64,000 bases of DNA from Gammaproteobacteria bacterium (GCA_963662545.2 CAXXLL010000002.1:1-64000); one strand, 5' to 3'; shown: positions 1 through 9,877, counted from the stretch's first letter. A program made the numbers and translations. The notes: generated from the sequence alone by a model not told the origin.

Positions 1-666
1 GGCGAGCTGCTCGAGAAGCTCATCAAGGCCGAAGTCGCCGAACGCGAGGTGCGTTCCATCAACTACCAGATGAAGATCGCTCGGTTCCCGGCACACCGGG
101 ATCTCGCAGGCTTCGACTTCAACGAAAGCAGCATTAGTGTCAGCCAGGTGAAGTCCCTGCATCGCTGTGAGTTCCTCGACGATACCGAGAACATCGTGCT
201 CATCGGTGGCCCAGGTACCGGCAAGACACACATCGCCACCGCGATCGGCGTGCAAGCCATCATCCACCACCATCGCCGGGTTCGGTTCTTATCCACCATT
301 GAACTTGTTAATGCGCTTGAGCAGGAAAAGCTCAACGGCAAGCAAGGACGCCTGGCCAACCGGCTGGTGCACGTCGATCTGCTCATCCTCGATGAGCTCG
401 GGTACCTGCCGTTCAGCCAGGTTGGCGGTGCCTTGCTGTTTCACCTGCTGAGCAAACTGTACGAAAAGACCAGCCTGATCATCACCACCAACCTGAGCTT
501 CTCGGAATGGCCCAACGTATTCGGCGATGCCAAGCTGACAACAGCACTGCTGGATCGACTCACCCACCACTGCCATATCCTTGAGACCGGCAACGACAGT
601 TATCGGCTCAAGAACTCAACCACCAACAACAAGGAGACAAAACCTAAGAAAAAGAACAAAACCTGA
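1..666 (+). CDS. istB: IS21-family helper ATPase IstB (5' end outside window)
   Basis: Frame open from base 1; Walker A GGPGTGKT, Walker [10 protein letters not shown], and the IstB-typical [18 protein letters not shown]. Confidence 0.93.
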   Translation, partial: GELLEKLIKAEVAEREVRSINYQMKIARFPAHRDLAGFDFNESSISVSQVKSLHRCEFLDDTENIVLIGGPGTGKTHIATAIGVQAIIHHHRRVRFLSTIELVNALEQEKLNGKQGRLANRLVHVDLLILDELGYLPFSQVGGALLFHLLSKLYEKTSLIITTNLSFSEWPNVFGDAKLTTALLDRLTHHCHILETGNDSYRLKNSTTNNKETKPKKKNKT

Positions 667-688
667 GCCATAATCGGCTCATCCGGGT

Positions 689-738
689 GGGTCAATTTTC
701 AGTGCAAATACCGGGTCAATATTCGGTGCAAATCAACA
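689..738 (+). repeat. IS21 right end with tandem transposase-binding repeats
   Basis: GGGTCAATTTTCAGTGCAAAT (689-709) and GGGTCAATATTCGGTGCAAAT (713-733), ending ...TCAACA just after istB. Confidence 0.85.
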
Positions 739-740
739 CC

Positions 741-791
741 GTGGTACATTTTTACGCCGCCGCGCGGTACATAATCCCGCCGCCGTTGACA
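741..791 (+). repeat. Right end of a second, different IS21-like element
   Basis: GGTACA-N6-CGCCGCCG repeated at a 23-bp period (743, 766), terminating in TTGACA. Confidence 0.6.
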
Positions 792-834
792 CAGTTCAGC
801 TTGACCGTCCGGGGTCGGCTACTGGGCCAGGCTT

Positions 835-2001
835 TTAGTTGCTCTCATCCCAAACAGGCGGCCGACTGCCGTCCGGCCAGACGAATGACTCAAGGTGTCC
901 GCAGTGGCCACATACGAAATAGGTTCGCTCGTACATTATCCTAACGTTTCCCGCGATCTCGTCTCTAGGTGACTTTTTATATGTGCCGATTCCACAGAAC
1001 CGACATCGCATCCTACGCTTCCATCCCGGCAGCTGACAGCCATGCGACAGCGCCGCAATTGTAGTGTCGACCTCTTCGAGCAGCTCACCTGCGTCGTGCA
1101 ATTTCGTCTCGTCCTCTTGTTGCACAACGCACTTCCCAAGGATTTTGTGGACGAAGTGGACACCAGGTTCATCCGGGAACATCTGGCGCAAGTCGTTATC
1201 CTCACTGTCAAAGTACCAGAGGGCGAACTTCGGGCGACCGGACACCATTGCCCACAACAACTTTGCCAGACTGAACACGTCGTATGCTGGCTGCACATCC
1301 GCCAAACGCTTTGTGTAGCTCCAAGGTGGCTGAAAGTCGCGGGTGCCTACGTTTTCCCATGTCAGCGTCAACCTGTCCTGGCTCTCGACCTTGAACGCCA
1401 GGCCACAATCACCCAGAACGAGATGCCCGTCAGACGCTACAAAGATGTTGTCGGGTTTAATGTCCCTGTGAACAACCTTCGCGGTGTGGAACGCAGACAC
1501 CGCGTCAACAATCGGCCTGACAGCCCTAAGCGCATCGAGCACACGCCCCTTGTAGGTCTCCAGACGGTCAGACAACTTCCCACCCTCAAGGTACTCCATC
1601 ACGAACCACTTCTCGTCGAGGTTGCTGTCCAGCACCTTCACGAGCGACGGATGACTTACTGATTCGAGGACTGACAATTCCCGCTTCATCCGATCGAGAG
1701 CGGCTGCCTCATCTTCCGCTGCGCCATCTTCAAAGGGCAGCATTTTTTTGAGGGCACCGATCGGCGCTTGCGATTCACTCACAATCTGACGAATCTCGTC
1801 CGCAAGTTGCGAACCGGCCTCCTCATATCGCTGTTGCTCGCTTGCGATGTTCAGGGTAGTGATCGGCTTCTGTAGCTTCCTCCAGCGTTCCCCTGTATCT
1901 GCTGCCCCGGACACATCGCGAACCAGATAAACCTGTCCCTGCCCACCTCGGCCAATGGGCTCGATCACCTCCCATTTCCCGTATCTTGCGTACTCGGTCA
2001 T
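835..2001 (-). CDS. Hanks-type Ser/Thr protein kinase with C-terminal Zn-ribbon-like CxxC...CxxC
   Basis: GRGGQGQV glycine loop, ALKK lysine, HRDIKPDNIF catalytic loop, DCG (DFG variant), DVFSL; C-terminal CRFC and CGHC. Confidence 0.9.
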   Translation of the reverse strand: MTEYARYGKWEVIEPIGRGGQGQVYLVRDVSGAADTGERWRKLQKPITTLNIASEQQRYEEAGSQLADEIRQIVSESQAPIGALKKMLPFEDGAAEDEAAALDRMKRELSVLESVSHPSLVKVLDSNLDEKWFVMEYLEGGKLSDRLETYKGRVLDALRAVRPIVDAVSAFHTAKVVHRDIKPDNIFVASDGHLVLGDCGLAFKVESQDRLTLTWENVGTRDFQPPWSYTKRLADVQPAYDVFSLAKLLWAMVSGRPKFALWYFDSEDNDLRQMFPDEPGVHFVHKILGKCVVQQEDETKLHDAGELLEEVDTTIAALSHGCQLPGWKRRMRCRFCGIGTYKKSPRDEIAGNVRIMYERTYFVCGHCGHLESFVWPDGSRPPVWDESN

Positions 2002-2119
2002 ATGAGGAATCCTCTCCGATGCCTTTCACTTGAGATTCGTGGGAGTGTGTGCGCCAAGGTACGGTGACGCTGATCTTCTCCCCGTTGGGTTGCCAGATTC
2101 TAGGAGATAAAACATCGTA

Positions 2120-2938
2120 TCAGGCGGCTTTGATTTCGAATACAGCAGGAGCCTGATAATCGAGCGAGCTGTGTGGTCTTTCATGGTTGTAGTGATGCTT
2201 CCAGGCGTAAATGATGCGTCGCGCTGCGGTCAGATCTTTGAACCAGTGTTGGTTGAGGCAGCTGTCACGTAGTCTGGCGTTGAAGCTTTCAACGAACGCG
2301 TTCTGCGTTGGCTTGCCCGGCTGGATGAAGTGAAGTTTTACAGCGGTTCGTTGCGACCAAAAGAACATCGCCTTGCTAGTGAGTTCTGGGCCGTTGTCCA
2401 TGACAATGGATGCTGGCAGCCCGCGACTATTTGCAAGCTCATCCAAGCGGCGAGCGACGCGCAAACCGGAGATCGAAGTATCGACGAGTTGGCCGACGCA
2501 GGTTCGCGAATAATCATCCACGATGTTTAGGATACAGATCCGCCTGCCGTGCGTGAGTTGATCGTGCACGAAGTCCAGTGACCAGCGTTCGTTGACCTGT
2601 GTCGGCGCAGCCATCGGTATCCGGGGTCGGGCGAGCTTCTTGCGCCGCTTCGTGCGCACCTGCATGCCCAACGCCTTGTAGAGCCGCTAGGTACGCTTGC
2701 GGTTCACGACCAGGCCTTCAGATTCAAGCATTGCGTGCAGCATCAGGTAGCCGTAACGCGGATACTGTTCACCGAGCGTCTTGAGTCGATCACTGAGCGC
2801 TTGATCGTTACGAGGCTTCGCTTGATAAGCGGCTGACTTGCGGCTGAGCTTCACCAATCGACAGGCTCGACGTTGGCTCATTGAATACCTTTGCTGCAAA
2901 TAGCCGACGACAGCGCGCCGCTGTGCCGGCTTCACCAC
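2120..2938 (-). pseudogene. IS3 transposase OrfB with in-frame amber stop
   Basis: ORFs 2687-2938 and 2120-2671 are in one frame, separated by TAG at 2687-2689 (NRKRT*RLYKALG); DDE motifs WSLDF, DNGPE, VESFN. Confidence 0.88.
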
Positions 2939-3198
2939 TTTTTTTGCACAACGTCCTCCAGCGCGGTCTTGTCGAGTAGCGTCTCGGCGAGCAGCCGCTT
3001 CAGCTTTGCATTCTCGGCTTCGAGTTCCCGTAATCGCTTCGCATCGGATATCTCCATGCCGCTGAACTTTTCCTTCCAGCGGTAAAACGTGCCGTTAGCG
3101 ATACCGTGTTTGCGAATGACTTCCTGGGCCGGCATCCCAGCTTCGTGCCCTTTGAGGATCGAAATTATCTGTTCTTCGGTATAGCGCTTGCGCTTCAT
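2932..3198 (-). CDS. IS3 transposase OrfA (HTH)
   Basis: MKRKRYTEEQII...TFYRWKEKFSGM...LRELEAENAKLKRLLA, a typical OrfA. Confidence 0.92.
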   Translation of the reverse strand: MKRKRYTEEQIISILKGHEAGMPAQEVIRKHGIANGTFYRWKEKFSGMEISDAKRLRELEAENAKLKRLLAETLLDKTALEDVVQKKW

Positions 3199-3272
3199 AT
3201 CGAGACCTCCCTTGGGTCAATTTTGTGGGAAATCTCCTAACGAATTTGGCTACCTTTTGGGGGGAAAGGTCA

Positions 3273-3499
3273 ACCTACAACCACCGCCGTTATCACGAGA
3301 GCATCGGTAACGTCACGCCTGCCGATACCTGCTTCGGCCGGGACCACGTCATCATTGAGAGAAAGAGAAAGATTAAAAACCTGACCATCCAAAAAGCCGC
3401 TTGGCTCATCACAAGCAATCCGCTTAACATCAATCAGGATGAGCCAAAGCCTCCGTTAGATAACCGCCTACACTGTCCTATTTATTCTGACGACGGACA
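3273..3499 (+). pseudogene. 3' remnant and right end of an IS3-like transposase
   Basis: YNHRRYHESIGNVTPAD..FGR integrase-core C-terminus followed by a ...GACGACGGACA terminus. Confidence 0.7.
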
Positions 3500-3623
3500 C
3501 GGCTTATAGTATTCACGGTGGCGGTGTCTTTCATGGGCTACTGACACAGCAGTTGTTGATTGTCTTGATGGAGTACACACTCTTTTATCCAATCGCCTTT
3601 TCCAAACCTGCCATAAACCAGGG

Positions 3624-4428
3624 GGCATTGTCAGAGTAAATGGGCTTGAGCTGAAAAGTAAGACCTCGTAGCCTCCGGTGATGCACAATCCTTTCCGTTA
3701 TTTCAACAGTTCGCCCGAAGTGATCCGCTTCGCGGTGATGTTGTATGTCCGATACCCTTTGTCGCTGAGATAGGTCGAAGACCTCCTGTTCGAGCGCGGC
3801 ATCGAGATCTGCTATGAGACCGTGCGGTATGGGTGGAACCGCTTTGGTCCGCTGTTTGCCGCGGAGATCCGGACACGCCGTGTTCATCATGGATCCTATT
3901 CGAACTGGCGCTGGCACCTTGATGAAGTGTTTGTCCGCATCAACGGCAAGACACATTACCTATGGCGTGCCGTTGACCATGAAGGCGAAGTCCTTGAGGG
4001 TTTTGTGACGAAACGGCGGGACCGCAAGGCTGCGCTTGAGTTCCTGAAGCGTACGATGAAGCGTTATGGCCGGCCGGCTTCGATCGTCACGGATAGGCTA
4101 CCGTCATATCGTGCTGCGATGAAGGTGCTCGGCAACGAAGGTTGCCAAGAGACCGGGCGTTGGCTGAACAACCGGGCAGAGCACTCACATCAGCCCTTTC
4201 GAAGGCGGGAAGGGGCAATGGCGCGCTTCAGAGACATCAAGACCCTACAGAAATTCGCCGCCGTCCATGCCTCGATCTATAACCATTTCAACCACCAACG
4301 CCACCTCAACCGCCGCGCTATTTTCAAACAAGCCCGAGCCGCTGCCCTGGCTGAGTGGTGTCAACTTGCAGCTTAAAAGGCCTCGATTGTTGGCTCTACT
4401 GGTCAGATCAAGTTAGTCTGACAATGCC
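3624..4428 (+). mobile_element. IS6-family element, copy 1 (805 bp), transposase inactivated
   Basis: IRs GGCATTGTCAGA...TCTGACAATGCC; ORF from 3681 has TAG at 3771-3773 where copy 2 has Gln. Confidence 0.92.
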
Positions 4429-4560
4429 CATCCGAGAGCTGATCTCGATGGATTTCTTCACCGTACCTTCGGCGACGTTCCGGGTATTGTTTGTGTTTGT
4501 CTTGTTGAGTCATGAGTGCCGGCGGACCTTGCATTTCAACGTCACGGAGCATCCGACCTC
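4429..4560 (+). pseudogene. Internal fragment of an integrase-core (rve-type) transposase
   Basis: ISMDFFTVPSATFRVLFVFVLLSHECRRTLHFNVTEHPT. Confidence 0.7.
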
Positions 4561-4940
4561 GTGGTTGGCGCTGACGGTTCCAGCATGCAATCGCCATCGA
4601 GGGTTTGAAGCCCCATGCTCAGGTCTTCGCTTTCCAGATACGAAGCAAAACCGTCGACATAGGGCCTCATGCAATCGTTATAGGCATAGGCGCGCGCACT
4701 GTGAGCGACGACGAGCCCGAGCACAAGGACTATCACCGCCAGCACGAGGTAAAAGTAGCGCCGCCATATGCGGCGGGGCGGATCGCCTTGCAGTTGAAGC
4801 CGCAAGTCCACATCGCCTGGTGTCCTGGGCTCCCAGGTGCCGGTGGATCGCGGCATGCTCGCGAGGCGCTCGAACATCCGGCAGAGCGCGGTCATGTGCG
4901 CTACCGCGCGCACGGCGAGAGGGTGTTTGAAGTTATTCAT
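4542..4940 (-). CDS. Hypothetical single-pass membrane protein, C-terminus probably truncated
   Basis: 132-aa ORF with hydrophobic YFYLVLAVIVLVLGLVVA; its stop lies inside the neighbouring transposase fragment. Confidence 0.45.
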   Translation of the reverse strand: MNNFKHPLAVRAVAHMTALCRMFERLASMPRSTGTWEPRTPGDVDLRLQLQGDPPRRIWRRYFYLVLAVIVLVLGLVVAHSARAYAYNDCMRPYVDGFASYLESEDLSMGLQTLDGDCMLEPSAPTTRSDAP

Positions 4941-5205
4941 GTTATTTCTTGAAATCCATCTTAACTATAGGAATCATATGCAATGAAGTAGTGCCGATCA
5001 AGCTAAAGACGGATCAGGCATTGCTCATCAGGCTGTGCCCGAAACATCCGGGAATGCCACCTACCCGGCATCCCGTTTTTCTTCCAACGTCGAGGCGTCA
5101 AAACCAAACCAGTCTGCTGGGGCGAAAATTTTTCGCCCCACTTGCGAGGGCCGCGACGAAACAGGGGTGTCTCCTATCTCGTCTCCTCCACTCAAGCATT
5201 GAGCG

Positions 5206-6010
5206 GGCATTGTCAGAGTAAATCGGCTTGAGCGGGGAAGGGGAGTTCCGTAGCCTCAAGCGATGCGAAATCCCTTCCGTTATTTCAACAGTTCTCCCGA
5301 GGTCATTCGCCTCGCCGTGATGTTGTATATCCGCTATCCGCTGTCGTTGCGCCAAGTTGAAGACATTCTGTTCGAACGGGGCATCGACATTTGTTATGAG
5401 ACGGTGCGGTACGGGTGGAACCGCTTTGGTCCCCTGTTTTCAGCCGAGATCCGGAAACGCCGCATTCATCATGGATCCTATTCGAACTGGCGCTGGCATC
5501 TTGATGAGGTGTTTGTCCGGATCAACGGTGAAACACACTACCTCTGGCGCGCCCTCGATCACGAAGGGGAGGTACTCGAAGTTTTTGCCACGAAACGGCG
5601 GGATCGCAAGGCTGCACTGAGGTTTCTGAAACGCGCAATAAAGCGCTACGGCCGGCCGAAGGTGATCGTGACGGACCGGCTCAAATCATACCGGGCTGCG
5701 ATGAATGTGATCGGCAATGCCGCCGCTCAGACTTGCGGTCAGTGGCTCAACAATAGAGCCGAAAACTCACACCAACCGTTCCGCCGACGGGAAGGGGCAA
5801 TGGCCAGGTTCAGGGACATCAAGACCCTGCAGAAGTTTGCTGCCGCCCACGCCTCGATCCACAATCATTTCAATCAGGAACGTCATCTTTATAACCGCGA
5901 GAACTTCAAACTCAATCGCTCCGCCGCTTTGGCCGAGTGGCGTCAACTTGCAGCCTAAGGGTCCTCAACTGAAGGTTCTGTATGTCCGATCCAGTTAGTC
6001 TGACAATGCC
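5206..6010 (+). mobile_element. IS6-family element, copy 2 (805 bp)
   Basis: Same GGCATTGTCAGA/TCTGACAATGCC IRs and length as copy 1, with visibly diverged interior. Confidence 0.93.
5263..5958 (+). CDS. IS6-family transposase
   Basis: 231 aa; WHLDEVFV, IVTD, NNRAENSHQ DDE motifs. Confidence 0.93.
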   Translation: MRNPFRYFNSSPEVIRLAVMLYIRYPLSLRQVEDILFERGIDICYETVRYGWNRFGPLFSAEIRKRRIHHGSYSNWRWHLDEVFVRINGETHYLWRALDHEGEVLEVFATKRRDRKAALRFLKRAIKRYGRPKVIVTDRLKSYRAAMNVIGNAAAQTCGQWLNNRAENSHQPFRRREGAMARFRDIKTLQKFAAAHASIHNHFNQERHLYNRENFKLNRSAALAEWRQLAA

Positions 6011-6072
6011 CTTAGCAGACAAGGTGATCCCGGCGTTTAGGTGATGGTGTGGAAGGGTGGAGGGATGTACAA

Positions 6073-7615
6073 GTGGATCAACGCGCTCGACAGCTCGACG
6101 ACTTAGCAGAACAGCTAAATAGGTGATCCAAATCTTGCGACACTCGGGCAGTTTCCCGGGAATGGACTTGCCGCACGCATGAAGGCACGTACTGCGTCCA
6201 TCAGACGGTCGATGGTCGAGTAACGATGATTCCGGGTGACATTGTCGTGCAACTGTTTCCAGAGTTTCTCAATGTCATTGACCCAGGGCTGATAGGCCGG
6301 CTGGAACAGCAATCGGAATTTCGGATTGTGCTTTAGCCAGACGTGTGCCAAGCGACATTTGTGGATGATGTAGTTATCCACGATCAAGATAATTCGACGC
6401 GCGGCGCGGTAAGTTTGCCGCAGGTGGTCGAGCAGGCAAAGGAATAGGTCGCTGTTTTTCCGTGTGCCCTCGACATACGCAACGCGACCGGTTCGTGCGT
6501 GCAGCGCGCCCGCCAGATAGCGTTTCCGGTTTTGCCCAGGCGTGGGGATGGCACGTTGACAACCTTGAGTAGACCAAAGGAAACCGATTTTGGGATTGAG
6601 GTCGATATCGACCTCATCGGCGTAAAACACTTCATGCCCCGATGGGGCTCGAGACAACGCACGATGAATGGCTTTCAGGCGCGTGGCTGCCCGTGGGTCG
6701 CGCAGATGTAAGGTCGGACGAGCACGACGCCAGCCGAATCCCAAATTAACTAGCCAGCGACGTACCGTAGAGGCGTGAATGGGCCGTGACAGCAACGAAT
6801 TCAGCGTCTCGGCCAGCATCTCGCTCGTCCACGTACTGCGCAGGTAGCCATAATCACTGGGCGGCTGCTCAACTAACTCGGCGAGCGTCTCCAACAGGGT
6901 GTCATCCACCGTATACGCCCGCCGGCCCGAGCCGCACGCCTCGAGAAAGGCTTCACCCGCGGTCTGGAATTGCGTGACCCATCGATAAACCGTTGAACGC
7001 GCGACCGACAAACTGCGTGACACGGCCGTCGGTGAGACGCCTGAAGCTAACTGCAACAGGACTTGAGCGCGGCGAACCACCCGCCCGTTATCGCTGCGTT
7101 GAATCAACCGCTTAAAGCGACGTTTCTGTGAGCGCGTCAATGACACTAAACTATCCATACTCAGGTGACCTCTTTCGGGAACGTAGATTGCTCGATACAA
7201 CCTCTGATCTCTGAATGTCACCTGAGTTCTTTTTATTTGATCGAGTTTTTGGAACACCTATTTAGGCTCCGAGATCGGAACAACGGATTGGTTCTCGATC
7301 GATCAGCGATCGGAAGACGTGTTCTCGTTTCTGACCGGCGATCGGGACGTCAAACACAATAACCCCGAGTGGGCCAAGGACAGCCAATGGGACACCACCA
7401 CTGTACACGGTCTGCATCTGTTGTCTTTAATTTTCGAGTCCTGGAAAGCGCTCGACCTACCGTTTGCGACGACTGAGGAGATGACACCGTTGTATTACGG
7501 TTTCGATCGCGTGCGATTCACGGCGCCGCTGCGGGTTGGGCGCCGTGCCCGCATTGCACTCGACAACGTGACGAAACGGGACGACGGTTCTTATCTGATC
7601 AAGGCCACCCACACC
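6073..7615 (+). pseudogene. MaoC-family dehydratase split by IS630 and truncated at the 3' end
   Basis: Removing the IS630 joins MDQRARQLDDLAEQL (GTG 6073, GGAGG upstream) in frame to GSEIGTTDWFSIDQ...LTGD...HGLHLLSL...YGFDRVRFTAP. Confidence 0.8.
6118..7262 (-). mobile_element. IS630-family element, copy 1 (1145 bp)
   Basis: IRs AATAGGTG..CCAAA, TA duplication within CTAG; transposase 6115-7257 with ADE, VDN and NDIE motifs. Confidence 0.95.
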
Positions 7616-7750
7616 CACGTGGAGCACCACGACCTGACACTGCGAATGAGTATGATGCGGTTTACGCAATTGACAAACGCTGTCTCGAAGCGGATTGAAA
7701 ATCACGTGCACATACTGGTGCTCTGTTTCGCCCATTAACACTTCTGCCGG
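7616..7750 (+). pseudogene. IS1-family transposase C-terminal fragment
   Basis: HVEHHDLTLRMSMMRFTQLTNAVSKRIENH resembles the IS1 ERHNLTMRM..RRFTRLTNAFSKK.ENH motif. Confidence 0.7.
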
Positions 7751-7774
7751 ATTCACAACACGTTGTAAACGTCG

Positions 7775-7935
7775 CAACACCCTAGACCAAGTCCGAGACA
7801 TCACCGAGCGCTGGCCCTGCACCTACAATGAGCAACGTCCTCACGAGTCGCTCGGCCGGATCCCGCCCTCGGTGTTCCGCCAATGGCTCGCCGGAACTCT
7901 AGCTTTGAACTGTCTACTTGACGGGGAAGCTTACG
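7775..7935 (+). pseudogene. IS3 OrfB 3' remnant with right end
   Basis: TLDQVRDITERW..YNEQRPHESLGRIPP followed by TGTCTACTTGACGGGGAAGCTTAC. Confidence 0.7.
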
Positions 7936-7959
7936 GAGTGGAGGTTTCGTTCACGAAGG

Positions 7960-8450
7960 TGATCGTTCATTTGGATCCCTGTCAGTGTAAGGTTACGCGG
8001 CGGTTTTCGGGTGCTGCAGTCGTCGTTGTGACATGATTCGTTCTTTGATGATTCGCCGCTTCCTCGACACGGGCTCGGCTTGATCGAAGTGGATGGCGGC
8101 CGGTATCAGATTCTGCAGGCTCTCGTGGTAAGGCTGATGATTGTACTATTCAACAAAAGCGTCGACATCGGTCGGTAGATCACTAGGCAGATAGTCGTGC
8201 GCTGGCAACACTCGGTTGTTCATCGCCGCATGCCAACGTTCGGTCTTGTAGGGGCGTGTCTGACGGTTACTGAATCAATCCCTGTTGCGGCCAGGGCCAT
8301 CTCCAGGGTTGCCCGTCACATCGTGTGCCGTCATCTTCGTGCACAGGTCCCAGGCCATGATGCCGATAGGGCCGAAAGCCGAAGCCATCGTCGATCAGTT
8401 GATTGCCGAAACGCCCTTCCTTGAGTGGTAGCGAACAGGAAACCGCCACC
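7960..8450 (-). pseudogene. Heavily degraded IS3-like transposase
   Basis: Reverse strand gives broken segments AWDLCTKMTAHDVT, LEMALAATG, KTERWH, DYLPSDL..VDAFVE*YNHQPYHESL; same family as the 3273 remnant. Confidence 0.65.
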
Positions 8451-8599
8451 TGGAAGTTCCGCGCGGGCTGAAACGCTTATCCCGTGCCCGATCCATTCGC
8501 TACGAGTTCGAAGTACACCAGCCGACCCATCTGGATGGACACGCTCGGCGAGTGTCATGAGATTATGCGGTCATGTGACAATTGGGAGCAGCGCGGATA

Positions 8600-9058
8600 T
8601 CGGGAGAAATCAGCGCCGGTCGAGTGCAAAAAGATGACGCGTGATTTTTATTTTTCATTGGTGAACATTGCGGCTTTGTTTACCGCCGGTTGGGTCGGCC
8701 GGGGTCCTTTAGATGGTCGAGTCTGAGGGTCAGCATCTGGCCAGTTCAGTTTTCTTCTGTCGGGCGTCAGCCATTACGGGACGGATTGAGTGGAGAATTC
8801 CGGCTCTTTGAGCCCGGTAAGGTTGGAACGGTTATGAGCCATTTCGAAAGGTCGAGTACCGACACGTTTCGAATGCTCCAACCGGGCCAAGCGTTGCTGC
8901 GTGTCTTCGCCGGTATCGCAGAGTCGCTATTGGATCGAATAGTCGCCAATACACCGAAGGGCCGCACGCTTGCCCAGCTTCGTCAAACGCGCTTCCCAAA
9001 ACTCATCCGGGGCGAAATTAGCCTGTCGGACGCCGAAGCCGTGGAGGCCGCGGCGTGA
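8600..9058 (+). pseudogene. hsdS: Type I restriction specificity subunit, degraded 3' part
   Basis: C-terminus RTLAQLRQTRFPKLIRGEISLSDAE matches the HsdS end (TLAxLRDTLLPKLISGEL); upstream frames are broken; 5' boundary approximate. Confidence 0.7.
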
Positions 9059-9771
9059 GCGACGAATACCCAACCCTAGATGCCTTGGTCGCGCTCGGCT
9101 TTGAGCACCAGGAGCCCGAATTCGGCATGGAAACCGTCGGCTATCGGTTTCGCTATCTCGACTTGAAGGCCTCCGCCACAATAAGTAGGTATTTTCAGCC
9201 CGACGTGCTTCTCAGCGGTGTTCTCAATACCGGGCGTACTCTGAGCCAAATAGAGCACCACCTTTCTGGAGATCTCGGGACCCTTCAGGAAGCCGCGGCC
9301 TGGGTAAGCTACGTTCTCAAATCGGACCGGTCCGATCTAGAGCCCTTGCCAGCTTGGTTTCTGGAGGGAGAACGCCACTGGGACCTCGTGCCGGCCGTGC
9401 GAGAGGAACAGGCGAGTCAGGAAAGGTTAGAGGCCTATCGGGCGGCCTACCAGGCAAGCCCTAAGTGTTTCATCGACCGGGAGTATGCCCGCCTTCTTCG
9501 ACGTAAGCTGCAAGCTGCTCTGTCCGAGATTGCCGGGGAGGCCGAGATGACGTTCAACTTCGACGGGCGCGTTCTTAGTATCGCCTTGTGCGGCGCCGTG
9601 CATGAGGTCGTTGCATCGGGGGAAAGTTGGCCGTCCTCCTACCAAGTTACGGTATCCTCGGAAACGCGGCTGCCCCCACGGTTTACCTCCTCGACGGTTG
9701 AGGTGAACGTGTTCAAAGACAATTTGATTTTGGCGGAGCTTCGCTTGGGGCCGTGTGAGGTGGCCGCATGA
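9055..9771 (+). CDS. Hypothetical protein inside the decayed type I R-M operon
   Basis: Intact 238-aa ORF with GTGA overlap to the hsdS stop and ATGA overlap to the following ORF start. Confidence 0.8.
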   Translation: MSDEYPTLDALVALGFEHQEPEFGMETVGYRFRYLDLKASATISRYFQPDVLLSGVLNTGRTLSQIEHHLSGDLGTLQEAAAWVSYVLKSDRSDLEPLPAWFLEGERHWDLVPAVREEQASQERLEAYRAAYQASPKCFIDREYARLLRRKLQAALSEIAGEAEMTFNFDGRVLSIALCGAVHEVVASGESWPSSYQVTVSSETRLPPRFTSSTVEVNVFKDNLILAELRLGPCEVAA

Positions 9772-9877
9772 AATTGTCTGAAAGCGAGGTCGGGCACGCC
9801 GGGCGCGGAGTGCACTGACTACAGCGCGGTCGTGGTGGGGGCGGTCGCGAGACGCGTTGGAGCGGCTGAACCTGTAG
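9768..9877 (+). pseudogene. hsdR: Type I restriction subunit R, 5' remnant
   Basis: MKLSESEV then broken-frame DYSAVVV and RDALERLN, resembling HsdR N-termini. Confidence 0.55.

Larger units (their letters stand above)
2071..3272 (-). mobile_element. IS3-family insertion sequence (1202 bp)
   Basis: Imperfect terminal IRs TGATCTTCTCCCCGTTGGGTTGCCAGATTC / TGACCTTTCCCCCAAAAGGTAGCCAAATTC; orfA plus orfB with an A7G slippery site near 2938-2946. Confidence 0.92.

Noticed and set aside
2687-3773. In-frame TAG codons in both the IS3 OrfB and IS6 copy 1, suggesting amber recoding
   Set aside because: They replace different expected residues (Tyr and Gln) and TAG ends normal genes here (SDR 23803, deacetylase-GT2 36493), so they are ordinary nonsense mutations.
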